Virus record (IMG/VR): IMGVR_UViG_3300036774_000066
Coordinates: 32,001 to 96,000 of that record
DNA: 64,000 bases
Source: a virus
Direction: 5' to 3' (one strand)
The position numbers were made by a program, and so were the translations under genes. Below the pieces are notes generated by a model that saw nothing but the letters and a program-made list of their open reading frames with translations, searched no databases and had not been told where the DNA came from. This document shows positions 37,316 through 46,295 of this stretch, in pieces. Position 1 is the stretch's first letter, and every line of letters starts with the position of its first letter.

Positions 37316-37799
37316 CTTGCCTCAAATCTTTCACTACGGGAACTTCCTTGCACGCCTCAAACTCTGGACAATTGATGCACTCTGTCCAGACTTTCCTTGG
37401 TAAACTATCCCTTGAAACAGCATAAAATCCAGCCCGAAAGAAAAATTCAGGGATGTACGTCAACGCGAATACTCTGACTGCCCCTATTCTAACTGCCTCG
37501 TTTATTGCAAGATTTACAAAGTGTATACCAACACCATCTCTCTGCCATTTAGGGTCAACTACCAATGATCGTATCTCACAAAGAACATCACTACCCTTAC
37601 CACTCCACGTAGGAACTACTGAGACACACCCTATCACACACCCACGAACGCGAGCAACAAAAAAGTTAAACAAACTACTGTATATCTCATTACATGATCT
37701 CGGAAGCAAAACATTTTTCTTAGAGTGTAAAGAAATTAAACCATGAATACCCGATACATCAGAAACAACTGCTTTTCCAATTTCACAATCAAAGGTCAT
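37308..37799 (-). CDS. GNAT N-acetyltransferase, short ArgA (N-acetylglutamate synthase)-like
   Basis: LLPRS, EIRSLVV..WQRDGVG, VFALTY.PEFF..GF, LPRKVWTECINCP. Confidence 0.75.
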   Translation of the reverse strand: MTFDCEIGKAVVSDVSGIHGLISLHSKKNVLLPRSCNEIYSSLFNFFVARVRGCVIGCVSVVPTWSGKGSDVLCEIRSLVVDPKWQRDGVGIHFVNLAINEAVRIGAVRVFALTYIPEFFFRAGFYAVSRDSLPRKVWTECINCPEFEACKEVPVVKDLRQDE

Positions 37800-37801
37800 T
37801 G

Positions 37802-38014
37802 TTACTTTTCATCCTCCTCAAGCGGGTCCAAAAGATCAGAGTCACCAGCTTCCATCATTCGATCTTCCAATAATTCTCCGTCTTCTTCATCTCTTGCACT
37901 TGTAAATAAATCAGGATCGGAGTGAGCAACCTTAGACTCTTCTATCAACTCATTATCTGCCTCACCGCTATCCACCGGAAAAATAGAATCTTCTGTATAG
38001 TTCTTACGTGCCAT
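37802..38014 (-). CDS. small highly acidic protein
   Basis: D/E-rich 70-aa ORF with GGAG RBS. Confidence 0.5.
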   Translation of the reverse strand: MARKNYTEDSIFPVDSGEADNELIEESKVAHSDPDLFTSARDEEDGELLEDRMMEAGDSDLLDPLEEDEK

Positions 38015-38026
38015 ATTCCACGCTCC

Positions 38027-38287
38027 TTAATCCATGAACTTTGTCAAGTCAACATCAGACTCTTCAACACCTGTAGGCTTACCAGACTCAGGAGCAATTG
38101 AAGTCTTGATAGGCAAAAGAATACCAGATTTTTCTAAATATTTCTTTACTTCCAACAAGGATGGATATTGTTTTATTAAAGCAACCACCCCTGCATTATC
38201 CTTCCCCTCAGTTACTCCCTTCCACAAGTCAAGAAGAATCTGCTGAGACTCGGACAACCGTACTTCTTCATTGAAAACCATAGCCAT
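38027..38287 (-). CDS. hypothetical protein
   Basis: ORF in operon. Confidence 0.5.
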   Translation of the reverse strand: MAMVFNEEVRLSESQQILLDLWKGVTEGKDNAGVVALIKQYPSLLEVKKYLEKSGILLPIKTSIAPESGKPTGVEESDVDLTKFMD

Positions 38288-38288
38288 A

Positions 38289-38453
38289 CTACTCTACCTT
38301 CGATCCTACCTGCTTCTCCCACTCCTCTCGCACACCCGGATGGGACAAGTGACATGGCTTTGATTCACCGTTAGGAAATTTCACAAATCCGGCATCCTCT
38401 GTTGCCTCAATATTCCTACCGCAAATCCCGCAACTAAGTTTCTCTTTTGACAT
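38289..38453 (-). CDS. small Zn-binding protein (54 aa)
   Basis: manual translation MSKEKLSCGICG...CHLSH; fills gap exactly. Confidence 0.45.
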   Translation of the reverse strand: MSKEKLSCGICGRNIEATEDAGFVKFPNGESKPCHLSHPGVREEWEKQVGSKVE

Positions 38454-39121
38454 CACTTCTCCTTTTTCAAGTCACCATGAACCATACGATAAATCGAAGT
38501 CGCATAAGAAGTAAACCGGACATCATGAGTCACCCACAATACAGAAAATCCCAAATCATCGGTACACTGACGAATGAATTTGAACAGTCCCTCCACATAC
38601 ACATCTGACAACTGCGAAAGAGACTCGTCCAAAATCACGAATCTACGCAACCCCAAAACCAACATAAAGTAAACTCTCAAAATAAACGAAACAACTGTCT
38701 GCACACCTCCACCAACCGAATCTCTCAGTTTACATTTACGAATTTCTCCATCCTTCTTTTCTACCAAAAACAACTCCGCAGTCTTCATATCACCCCGATC
38801 CGCAATATCAATCTCTATAGAGTAATCTCTATCATCAAAAATGGTTCTCATACCATAAGTCAAGAGTTCTTGTAATTTTCTGATACTCTTTTCAGAAAGT
38901 TCACCAATAAGAATCTTTGTAACCTCTATTGCTTTCTCAGTAAATTCAAGCTGTAAAACCTTATCGGTATGTTGCTGTTTTACATCAGCAAGAGTAATCT
39001 CAGTGCCGTTTATGGACTCCCGAGTAGCTTGAAGTTTTGCTTGACAGGAAACAAACAAATCTTCAAGTTTACGAGCCTTATCTAACAACACGTCAGACAT
39101 TACTATTTCTCTCCTCATCAA
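38453..39121 (-). CDS. sbcC: SbcC/Rad50 C-terminal half (coiled coil, signature, Walker B, H-loop)
   Basis: SVGGG signature, ILDES Walker B, VTHD. Confidence 0.8.
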   Translation of the reverse strand: MMRREIVMSDVLLDKARKLEDLFVSCQAKLQATRESINGTEITLADVKQQHTDKVLQLEFTEKAIEVTKILIGELSEKSIRKLQELLTYGMRTIFDDRDYSIEIDIADRGDMKTAELFLVEKKDGEIRKCKLRDSVGGGVQTVVSFILRVYFMLVLGLRRFVILDESLSQLSDVYVEGLFKFIRQCTDDLGFSVLWVTHDVRFTSYATSIYRMVHGDLKKEK

Positions 39122-39695
39122 GCATACGAATAATCTGAGTCACTTTCTCTGTAACAACGGACAGAGAATCCTCCGCGTCAACTATCAACCCATCACATTC
39201 TGTCTGGTAATACAAGTGAACTCTCCTCAAGTAATCCTCTCCCCTTGACTCTATGTTATCCCCTCGCCTCACACGGCGAGCCATTGCAACCTCAAAGGGT
39301 AAGTCTAAAATGATGTTAATATCTGGATTACAAACATCAGACATTTCTAACAATCTCTCAACAAAAAAAGCATGACCATAGGCAAACTCTTGATATGCTT
39401 TTGTTGAATAATACCACCTATCAGCAATGACCAACTTCCCCCTATGCAAAGCAGGTTTAACTATCTTATTAGATGCTTCTATCATAGAAGCGACAAACAA
39501 GAAAAGTTCAGTTTGCTTTTCCAACTTCTCCCTTGAGTTAAGAAGTACCCTCTTTAATTCTCCCCCTGTATACGTAGTTCCCGGTTCCCGCACAATAACC
39601 GCATCAGGGTACACCTTTCTCAAGTTCCGAATAACAGACGTAATTCCAGAACCGTTGATTCCCTCAATAGTAATGAATCGACCCTTTTCCATCAC
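39093..39695 (-). CDS. tmk: thymidylate kinase-like protein with altered P-loop
   Basis: FITIEGINGSGITS, REPG, ELFLF, VIADRW, PDINIILD. Confidence 0.8.
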   Translation of the reverse strand: MMEKGRFITIEGINGSGITSVIRNLRKVYPDAVIVREPGTTYTGGELKRVLLNSREKLEKQTELFLFVASMIEASNKIVKPALHRGKLVIADRWYYSTKAYQEFAYGHAFFVERLLEMSDVCNPDINIILDLPFEVAMARRVRRGDNIESRGEDYLRRVHLYYQTECDGLIVDAEDSLSVVTEKVTQIIRMLDEERNSNV

Positions 39696-39997
39696 ACTGT
39701 CACCTTTGACAAAATAGTTTCCATTGTAGACAAACTCTGGGTAAGAGAATCCGTCAATGTCTGAAGTTCTGAGGTAAGCTGCTCATAAGAAGTAATACCA
39801 AAATCAGCCTGAAGTTTCAGCAAAATAGCGTTCTTTTGCTCAGTCAAAGCCGTCTGCCTCGCTTGCAACTTCTTCAAGTTATCCTTGATAGTCTCAACCT
39901 TAGAACTGAGAAGGTTAAACCTGTCAACTATCGGATTATTTGCCATGCACTCCTCCCTTATGTGAATCCAAAGGTTCTTGACAAAGAGGACAAACAC
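39692..39997 (-). CDS. short coiled-coil protein (probable start MANN), possibly a Rad50 middle segment
   Basis: heptad pattern; lies between the two SbcC halves. Confidence 0.55.
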   Translation of the reverse strand: MFVLFVKNLWIHIREECMANNPIVDRFNLLSSKVETIKDNLKKLQARQTALTEQKNAILLKLQADFGITSYEQLTSELQTLTDSLTQSLSTMETILSKVTV

Positions 39998-41201
39998 CTA
40001 TCTCGTCCTTGTATTTCTCAAAATCTGCTTCTGCCTCGGTAAGACGTTTCTGCTCCTCCTCAATCTCTCCAGAAACACCAGACATTGAACCAAGTAAAGC
40101 GGAAAATAACCCTCCCATTTCCGAAAGACCCTTAAACCTATCCACCAAAGATTTCTCCGGTGGATTAGCTTGCTCTATAAGAAAAGCTAAAGACTTTTGT
40201 GCTTCTCCACACTGGAAAAGCTGAGAACCAACGTCGAAAAATCTCTGCGCAAAGTCACGTAACTTCTCCTCTTTATCAAGCAAACTCCGGTCGGGAATCT
40301 GAATGCTACTTATTATTGCCTCTCTGCCTTTTACCGCATTATCCGTTGCTATCAATTCAGAATCCAACTTAGAAATAACAGACAATGCCTCCATTAACTT
40401 TTGATAATTCCCAACCTGTGAAGGAACATTGGAGAAAGACAACAAAGGAAGTATCACCTCGTTGTCCAACAAAGTAACTGCACCAGATACTTGTTCTAAC
40501 TGAGGAACAACAGCTTCATACCCTTGCTTAATAGCAACCAACCTCTCATATTTTACCTTCCCTTTTCGCAAGCTAAGAAAGTCCGGCTCTGCCGCTGTAA
40601 TCTGAGCAAGGACAGCCTCTTTATTTTTCAACTGTAACAGGGAATTTTGGTATGCTGCAACCTGACCCTCCAACGCCACAAGTTCAGTCTTTATTTGCTT
40701 TGAGTCAACAACCATCTGCTTCAACACAGGTGTCAACTTCTTATCTTGCATCAACTGAGAAACAAAATCAAAAATGTAAGACGGAGAAGAAAAAACAAGA
40801 AAAGGCTCTTCCATCTGTCTCCAGATAAAAAGCCTCTCTTTATTGTCACGCACAACTATATCTTTTATACCAGCTTTTTCTAAGTCTTCCGGGGCAGTCT
40901 TACCCGTCCTCTTAAACTCCTTCTTGTTAATTACATACTCGGAGCCTCCTGTTCGACCCTTTATCCAAGAAACACTCAATTTTTCCCCATCATCTCCTTG
41001 AGGAAACACAATATCAACTTGACATTTCTCAGCATCATAATGAATAAAGTCACTTCCTTGATTAGAAAACAAGGCTGACTCTATTGCACGGCACAGAGAA
41101 GATTTGCCATGATTGGTAGAACCAACAACCATAGTAATGCCGTCTACATCAATTGCGGCATCACCTATGATCTGAAAAGACCTTACTCGTACACTAACCA
41201 C
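39936..41201 (-). CDS. sbcC: SbcC/Rad50 N-terminal half (Walker A, coiled coil, zinc hook)
   Basis: VRSFQ, GSTNHGKSS Walker A, Q-loop region, C-terminal CPLCQE hook. Confidence 0.8.
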   Translation of the reverse strand: MVSVRVRSFQIIGDAAIDVDGITMVVGSTNHGKSSLCRAIESALFSNQGSDFIHYDAEKCQVDIVFPQGDDGEKLSVSWIKGRTGGSEYVINKKEFKRTGKTAPEDLEKAGIKDIVVRDNKERLFIWRQMEEPFLVFSSPSYIFDFVSQLMQDKKLTPVLKQMVVDSKQIKTELVALEGQVAAYQNSLLQLKNKEAVLAQITAAEPDFLSLRKGKVKYERLVAIKQGYEAVVPQLEQVSGAVTLLDNEVILPLLSFSNVPSQVGNYQKLMEALSVISKLDSELIATDNAVKGREAIISSIQIPDRSLLDKEEKLRDFAQRFFDVGSQLFQCGEAQKSLAFLIEQANPPEKSLVDRFKGLSEMGGLFSALLGSMSGVSGEIEEEQKRLTEAEADFEKYKDEIGVCPLCQEPLDSHKGGVHGK

Positions 41202-41206
41202 AATAA

Positions 41207-41701
41207 TTATCTCCTGTAATCTCGTCGTTCCTTGTCATCCCGCCTGTCATCCCGCCTGTCATCCCTCCTGTCATCACGAAAATGGTAACGATCCCCAAAG
41301 CTATTGCCTCTCTTATTGACATAAATCAAAAAAGCCATGCAAATAGCATGTGCAGGATTAAGACTCTTGGCGACGTGCTTAAAGTAAATTCCTCGTTTTG
41401 CAAAGTCGCTTGGAAAGATACGAAGTTCACACCAGTATTCGTCTTCATCATGATTTCTCGATAAACGAAACCACGAAAATCCAGAGACAATAAACTCAAA
41501 ACAAAGCCCAATATCCCTCGAAAAAGGCCGAGGATTATCCTCGTTTCCTCCCTCTACTGCTTTTTCAATCAACCTGTCTATCTCTTCTCCCTCCCTGAGT
41601 TCATAAATTTCCTCTCTTGTAAGACCATCCCTTATGTCAACCTTCACATCTGCCCTTGTTTCAACCCTATCTTTCTCTTGTGGTTCTCTCTTGAAAAGCA
41701 T
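41207..41701 (-). CDS. phage ABA-sandwich-like domain protein with (RDDR)n tail
   Basis: EIDRLIEKAV...PFSRDI...PAHAICMAFL; 12-bp tandem repeat at about 41233-41278. Confidence 0.5.
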   Translation of the reverse strand: MLFKREPQEKDRVETRADVKVDIRDGLTREEIYELREGEEIDRLIEKAVEGGNEDNPRPFSRDIGLCFEFIVSGFSWFRLSRNHDEDEYWCELRIFPSDFAKRGIYFKHVAKSLNPAHAICMAFLIYVNKRGNSFGDRYHFRDDRRDDRRDDRRDDKERRDYRR

Positions 41702-41729
41702 AGAATCTCCTTACATATACAGGTTTTTA

Positions 41730-42935
41730 TTACAGACGTTCTTTGGCTCTGAGAAAGTCAATCACTGCTGCCTCATTCTTAATAACCCACTCCTCCAATG
41801 CCCTCCTACCTTGACAAGAAGTTGTCAGACCATTCATATCTACATAGTAAAAAGCCTTGTTCTGCTTGACAGCACCCTCTTCCTGCAAAAGAAACGTGAA
41901 TGCTCGAATGTTAGAAATTCCCTTTCCGAAAAAGATAGAAATAACTGTCTTGATAAAAGGCATGGTAATCTTGTTCTTTACACATTCAGCAGTTATATCT
42001 GCTCCTATCTTTCTGGTAACTCCATCAACCGTCTCCTCAATCCAACTCGCTAACGAAATGTCAACCCGAATGTCCGGCCAAAACTCCAATGCCAGACCGC
42101 CAGCGGCCTTTACATGAGAAGAACCCCGAAAATCAAACTTTGTCCTTTTTTGATTAACAATAACAAGACTTGAGTTAGCCCGAGCAAAAGCAGCCTTGTA
42201 CTTTCCCAAGAAATTTCCTGTCAACCGAGAATGCCAGCCAGGTTCCGCATCCTCAATTTTAAGATCACCCGAAACTATCTTGTCAAACAGCATTGCAGTA
42301 ATGGAATCAACAACAACCAATTCAGGTACTCTATTACTTACCAGCAGAGAATCTATTATACTCTCTGTCTGCTCAAACGTATCCGGCTTAATAACTATAA
42401 AAGTCTTTTGATAGTAAGGTTCTAACCCAACCCCAAAAATCAAACTCTCATTCAACGCTTTCTCAACGTCAATAAGAATTGCAACACCACCAGATTGACA
42501 AACTCTCAAACACCAGCACAGCACACAGGTAGACTTTCCAAGTCCAGCATCCGAGTGAAGTTCAATAATCCTCCCTCGTGGTATGCCTCCACCAAAAATA
42601 TAATTAAACCCTATAGAACCAGAGTCAATAAAATCCACCTTACTACTCACACGAAACCTTTGTGCAAAATCAGCACATAGCGTATCAAAATCAGTTGACG
42701 GTTTACCAGCCTTTTCTTCTTTCCCTCCCCGTCTACCGCGAATCATCACGGAAGAAATAGAAGGAGGAAGAGAGGTAGCTGGAGGAACTGGAGGAACTGG
42801 AGGAACTGTCTTCGCATCTTCCGGCGTAACAATAGGTACAGTAGCAACAGACTCAGAAACAACAGGTGTAGAAACAACAGGTGCAGGCGCAGGTGCAGAA
42901 ACATTCTTCTTAGACTTTGCAAACTCTATAGGCAT
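41730..42935 (-). CDS. recA: RecA/UvsX recombinase with Pro-rich N-terminal extension
   Basis: GGGIPRGRIIE, GLGKST, IDVEKAL, VVVDSI, VNQKR, GGLALEF, VKNK..PF. Confidence 0.9.
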   Translation of the reverse strand: MPIEFAKSKKNVSAPAPAPVVSTPVVSESVATVPIVTPEDAKTVPPVPPVPPATSLPPSISSVMIRGRRGGKEEKAGKPSTDFDTLCADFAQRFRVSSKVDFIDSGSIGFNYIFGGGIPRGRIIELHSDAGLGKSTCVLCWCLRVCQSGGVAILIDVEKALNESLIFGVGLEPYYQKTFIVIKPDTFEQTESIIDSLLVSNRVPELVVVDSITAMLFDKIVSGDLKIEDAEPGWHSRLTGNFLGKYKAAFARANSSLVIVNQKRTKFDFRGSSHVKAAGGLALEFWPDIRVDISLASWIEETVDGVTRKIGADITAECVKNKITMPFIKTVISIFFGKGISNIRAFTFLLQEEGAVKQNKAFYYVDMNGLTTSCQGRRALEEWVIKNEAAVIDFLRAKERL

Positions 42936-42950
42936 ACCACCGCTCCCCTT

Positions 42951-43592
42951 TCAATTGTCAACATACATAACAACCAAACCACGCATTTTCAATGACTCTT
43001 TCTCTGATAATACGGAAAACTTATCCTCCCACTTTAGACTTAATTCCAACGGAATATTCAATTTACGGATAAGATTATGGAAAGCCCACATCACCAACAA
43101 CAAAGCATCCGCACAATCACTCTGAATCTTCACATCACCACTCTTTGTAAACGTCGAAAACTTGAGATTATTCTCTCTTGCTAAGTAAAGTACAAAGTTC
43201 TTTATCTCTGACTTTGTAGACTTTCTTCCCATCAGCATGTGAATCTTGTTTGGATGAGCCAACATCAACTCACAGTTCCTTAACCCCTGCAAAATTATCA
43301 TATAGTCAAGAGCATACATCAAAGGGGAACTTAGATTGTATGGCACCGGATACTCAGAAACAAACAAGACCTCATGCGTTTCAACCTGTTTACTCTTTAG
43401 AAAATTCTCAATATTAGTAATCAGCAAGTCATAAATATCCCCCACACGACTAAGCCACGCATGAAACCGAAAATCCTTCTCCTCTTCCGACTTGAAAAGG
43501 AAAGTTGTAACTTCCAATGTATTGACATCAAGAAAGGATAGACCCAACTTGGCAGGAGCCGGGTCTATCCCACAGACATACTTATACTTCAT
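42951..43592 (-). CDS. RuvC-like Holliday junction resolvase
   Basis: GIDP at N-terminus, VSEYP, K..IK, DCADA catalytic pattern. Confidence 0.65.
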   Translation of the reverse strand: MKYKYVCGIDPAPAKLGLSFLDVNTLEVTTFLFKSEEEKDFRFHAWLSRVGDIYDLLITNIENFLKSKQVETHEVLFVSEYPVPYNLSSPLMYALDYMIILQGLRNCELMLAHPNKIHMLMGRKSTKSEIKNFVLYLARENNLKFSTFTKSGDVKIQSDCADALLLVMWAFHNLIRKLNIPLELSLKWEDKFSVLSEKESLKMRGLVVMYVDN

Positions 43593-43594
43593 TG

Positions 43595-44680
43595 TTACCT
43601 CAGAAAAGACTTGAGATTGGTTGCCTGTTGCGGCATTGCCTGAGACGCATCAGACTGACCAGAAACGAGCTTCATGAAGGAAGACTCGTTTAACACGCGG
43701 GCAATCACAGTCGGTAGCATGTTTTTCAAGGGAGAAACCCCTAACTGAGGATTACCATTCCACTTTATCATAACCTGCTCGCCCAACTGTGGGTACTGTC
43801 TCCACGTAGCCGGACCAACATTTTGCATGTGTAAAGTCTGAAATTTCTGGTCGGAACAAGTGACAATAAAGTCCAATGTGTCAATAGGGACATTCGCATC
43901 CAAAGCCTTGAGTGCCTTATACTCATCTTCCGCGAGGCTGAGATACATAACATCAAACTTCGCGGAAATAATTTGCCCTGTCATGTCCGTATCGTACAAT
44001 ACGATTGGGACAATGTATCGCACTGACGGGATTCCTAAGTTCTCACAGCACTTCCCCGAAAAGCAGTAGAAATAACCAAAATCGTCCAGCCAATGAGTCT
44101 TCACCACGGCAATCTGTCGGTCGATCATCCCCAACCGATATGTCGGTCCAACACTTGCCTTGAAACGGTTGATCGGGTATCTCTGGACCTCTACCCCGAA
44201 GGAACCCCACATAAACCCTGCTTGCGGAGGAGCCGCTGACGCTGACGCTGTAGGGCTTGGCATCATTGGAGGGGAAAAAGGTACAGGTGCCGGAGGAAAC
44301 ATCATCTGCTGCGGAGGAAACACCATTGCAGGGGCTTGTGGTGCCGGGACAGGTGCCGGGACAGGTGCCGGGACAGGTGCCGGGACAGGTGCCGAAGGCT
44401 GTGCAAAAATAGCAGGATTTACAGGAGGGACCGAAACGGGCTGTGAACTTACTGCTGGTGGAACTGCCTGGGAAGCAGCCAAAGCAGCGGAAATACGCTG
44501 CGCTGCATCGGGTGACTCTATCGCTGTTGCTGGTGTCAAGATAGCAGATGAAGCAACAGGAGCAGCAACGGGCTGCGGAGCCGCCTGTGCTGCTGGAGGA
44601 GTTACTTTACCTCCAAGAATATCATCCAAGCTAACAGAACCCAAAACAGGCTTACCATTCTCAGACATAAAATCCTCCAT
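43595..44680 (-). CDS. probable single-stranded DNA-binding protein with long Pro/Ala-rich N-terminus
   Basis: THW...YFYC...CC...RYIVPIVLY resembles gp32-type Zn/OB region; next to recA and RuvC-like; (GGTGCCGGGACA)x4 repeat at about 44340-44393. Confidence 0.45.
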   Translation of the reverse strand: MEDFMSENGKPVLGSVSLDDILGGKVTPPAAQAAPQPVAAPVASSAILTPATAIESPDAAQRISAALAASQAVPPAVSSQPVSVPPVNPAIFAQPSAPVPAPVPAPVPAPVPAPQAPAMVFPPQQMMFPPAPVPFSPPMMPSPTASASAAPPQAGFMWGSFGVEVQRYPINRFKASVGPTYRLGMIDRQIAVVKTHWLDDFGYFYCFSGKCCENLGIPSVRYIVPIVLYDTDMTGQIISAKFDVMYLSLAEDEYKALKALDANVPIDTLDFIVTCSDQKFQTLHMQNVGPATWRQYPQLGEQVMIKWNGNPQLGVSPLKNMLPTVIARVLNESSFMKLVSGQSDASQAMPQQATNLKSFLR

Positions 44681-44761
44681 TGTTTACTTGACTTGACACT
44701 TACAACATGGATGGGACAACACCTTTAATACGCCCCAAAGGACAAAAACCATTAGAGACAA

Positions 44762-44796
44762 ATAAAAAGCCTACGGAAGTAACTCCGTAGGCTTTT
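44762..44796 (-). terminator. Rho-independent terminator
   Basis: 13-bp inverted repeat AAAAGCCTACGGA/TCCGTAGGCTTTT after the HU-like gene. Confidence 0.8.
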
Positions 44797-44820
44797 AGCA
44801 TCACTCGACCCAAGAAACTC

Positions 44821-45357
44821 CTATGCAATTTCCCCTGTTGGAGGAACCACCTGACCTGTCTCAATCAGACGTTCAACATCAACGTGGTTGATGGTCTGAA
44901 TCAACCACTTGAAATACTTGAACGAGGGCTTCCACCGGAAATGAGGAATCTCACCAAGCTGCGCGTACCGAGAAGTAGGCTTTGTTGCGATCTTGCGTGG
45001 AGGAGACATCTTGATATAAAATCTCCCCACACCAACCAGACTCAGCCGCTTCTTCTCGGACATTGCGGTATGCATGACAATTGAATCAAACGCCTCTTGG
45101 AAAAGTTCATACGCCAGATTTTGCGAAATCTGACCTTGACCTTTACCAATGAGAACCTTTGACAAATTGACTTGCAATAAGGCTTTGAATTTCTCCACTT
45201 CCGTCATGTCCAACTCCAGCTTGCGACGACTCCTTTTCCTTTTCGGAATCGGACCAACCGTTACGGCATCAGCAACGGGAGCAGCATCAGCAGCATCAGC
45301 AACGGGAACAGCAGGAACTTCGGCGGGTGCCGGAGTCGGATTCTGAACATCAGGCAT
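44821..45357 (-). CDS. HU/IHF-like DNA-binding protein
   Basis: RLSLVGVGRFYIK..PPR...PHFRWKPS resembles HU V.L.GFG.F...R..R...P.FKP. Confidence 0.6.
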   Translation of the reverse strand: MPDVQNPTPAPAEVPAVPVADAADAAPVADAVTVGPIPKRKRSRRKLELDMTEVEKFKALLQVNLSKVLIGKGQGQISQNLAYELFQEAFDSIVMHTAMSEKKRLSLVGVGRFYIKMSPPRKIATKPTSRYAQLGEIPHFRWKPSFKYFKWLIQTINHVDVERLIETGQVVPPTGEIA

Positions 45358-45475
45358 ACAACCTCCTCAAGAAGGGTAAAAATTTAACCGCACTCTACAA
45401 CAAAGCACTGCATAGCTACTAATACGACACGACAAACAAAAAACAGAAGACTATCATCCAAATCATTGAAATTAC

Positions 45476-45739
45476 TTACTTTCGCACATCCCTCCTTTCA
45501 ATAGCCTCACTCACTTTGATTACTCTACCTCCTATCAACTTATCATTCATCTCAGTAATTGCCTTCTTGACAAGTGCTTCATTTTCCATCTCTACAAAGG
45601 CATATCCCTTAGATTTTCCTGTCTCTTTATCTTTGACAATAAAAACACCTACCACTTTCCCACACTCAGAAAAAGCAGCTACCAACTCCTCTTCCGACAT
45701 TCTAAAAGGGATATTTCCAACGTAAACTCTTTTAGGCAC
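45476..45739 (-). CDS. RRM (RNP-1) RNA-binding protein
   Basis: RNP2 VYVGNI, RNP1 KGYAFVEM, GRVIKVSEA. Confidence 0.9.
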   Translation of the reverse strand: MPKRVYVGNIPFRMSEEELVAAFSECGKVVGVFIVKDKETGKSKGYAFVEMENEALVKKAITEMNDKLIGGRVIKVSEAIERRDVRK

Positions 45740-45760
45740 AACAAACTCCTTGAGAAATTG

Positions 45761-46279
45761 TTACTCTAAAAAAGATGAAGATGACGACGGTGGACGATCT
45801 GATTTTGGCGCATCATATTTCAACGTCCTTAATGCCCAAATACACTTATCCAACGTCTCTAATTTACTCCTTAGTATATTCTCAATATCTATCAGTCTCG
45901 AAATATAAAAATTCACGTCCTTAGAAAATTGTCGTACTGCACCATCCCCACACTCCCGCTCTGAATTATGGAGAAACACCCGTATCTGGATTTTCTTTGT
46001 TCCCAATTCGTGAAGGGTATTGGCAACCTGAATCAACTCAGACTCATACTCCGCAACCAACCGAGCAACAAATCCCCACTGTAAAATTCCGTTTTTGACA
46101 AGTTCATCAATTGTCGGAAATGTCCTTACCCTTGTACATGCTATTCCTATCGGACCAAACTCAGGGTTATCATTGGCAAGTCCCATCAAGTAATCCTTGA
46201 CAAGTCCCAAAAGTTTTTCTTGGGCAGCTATATTATATGCGGAGCTAACTACCGTAGTCGGTTGATGCAATACAGGCAT
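45761..46279 (-). CDS. hypothetical protein
   Basis: 172-aa ORF with AGGA RBS. Confidence 0.55.
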   Translation of the reverse strand: MPVLHQPTTVVSSAYNIAAQEKLLGLVKDYLMGLANDNPEFGPIGIACTRVRTFPTIDELVKNGILQWGFVARLVAEYESELIQVANTLHELGTKKIQIRVFLHNSERECGDGAVRQFSKDVNFYISRLIDIENILRSKLETLDKCIWALRTLKYDAPKSDRPPSSSSSFLE

Positions 46280-46295
46280 TATTTACAAATCCTTC

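Noticed and set aside
41158-41174. Possible self-target: array block ATC ATC GGC GAC GAT versus sbcC codons ATC ATA GGT GAT GCC
   Set aside because: Only four of five dinucleotides match; far too short to exceed chance in 64 kb.
44340-44393. 12-bp tandem repeat (also the 12-bp repeat near 41233-41278 and the 15-bp repeat at 7342-7378)
   Set aside because: In-frame coding repeats giving PAPV, RDDR and EDAAL low-complexity segments; no sign of a separate function.
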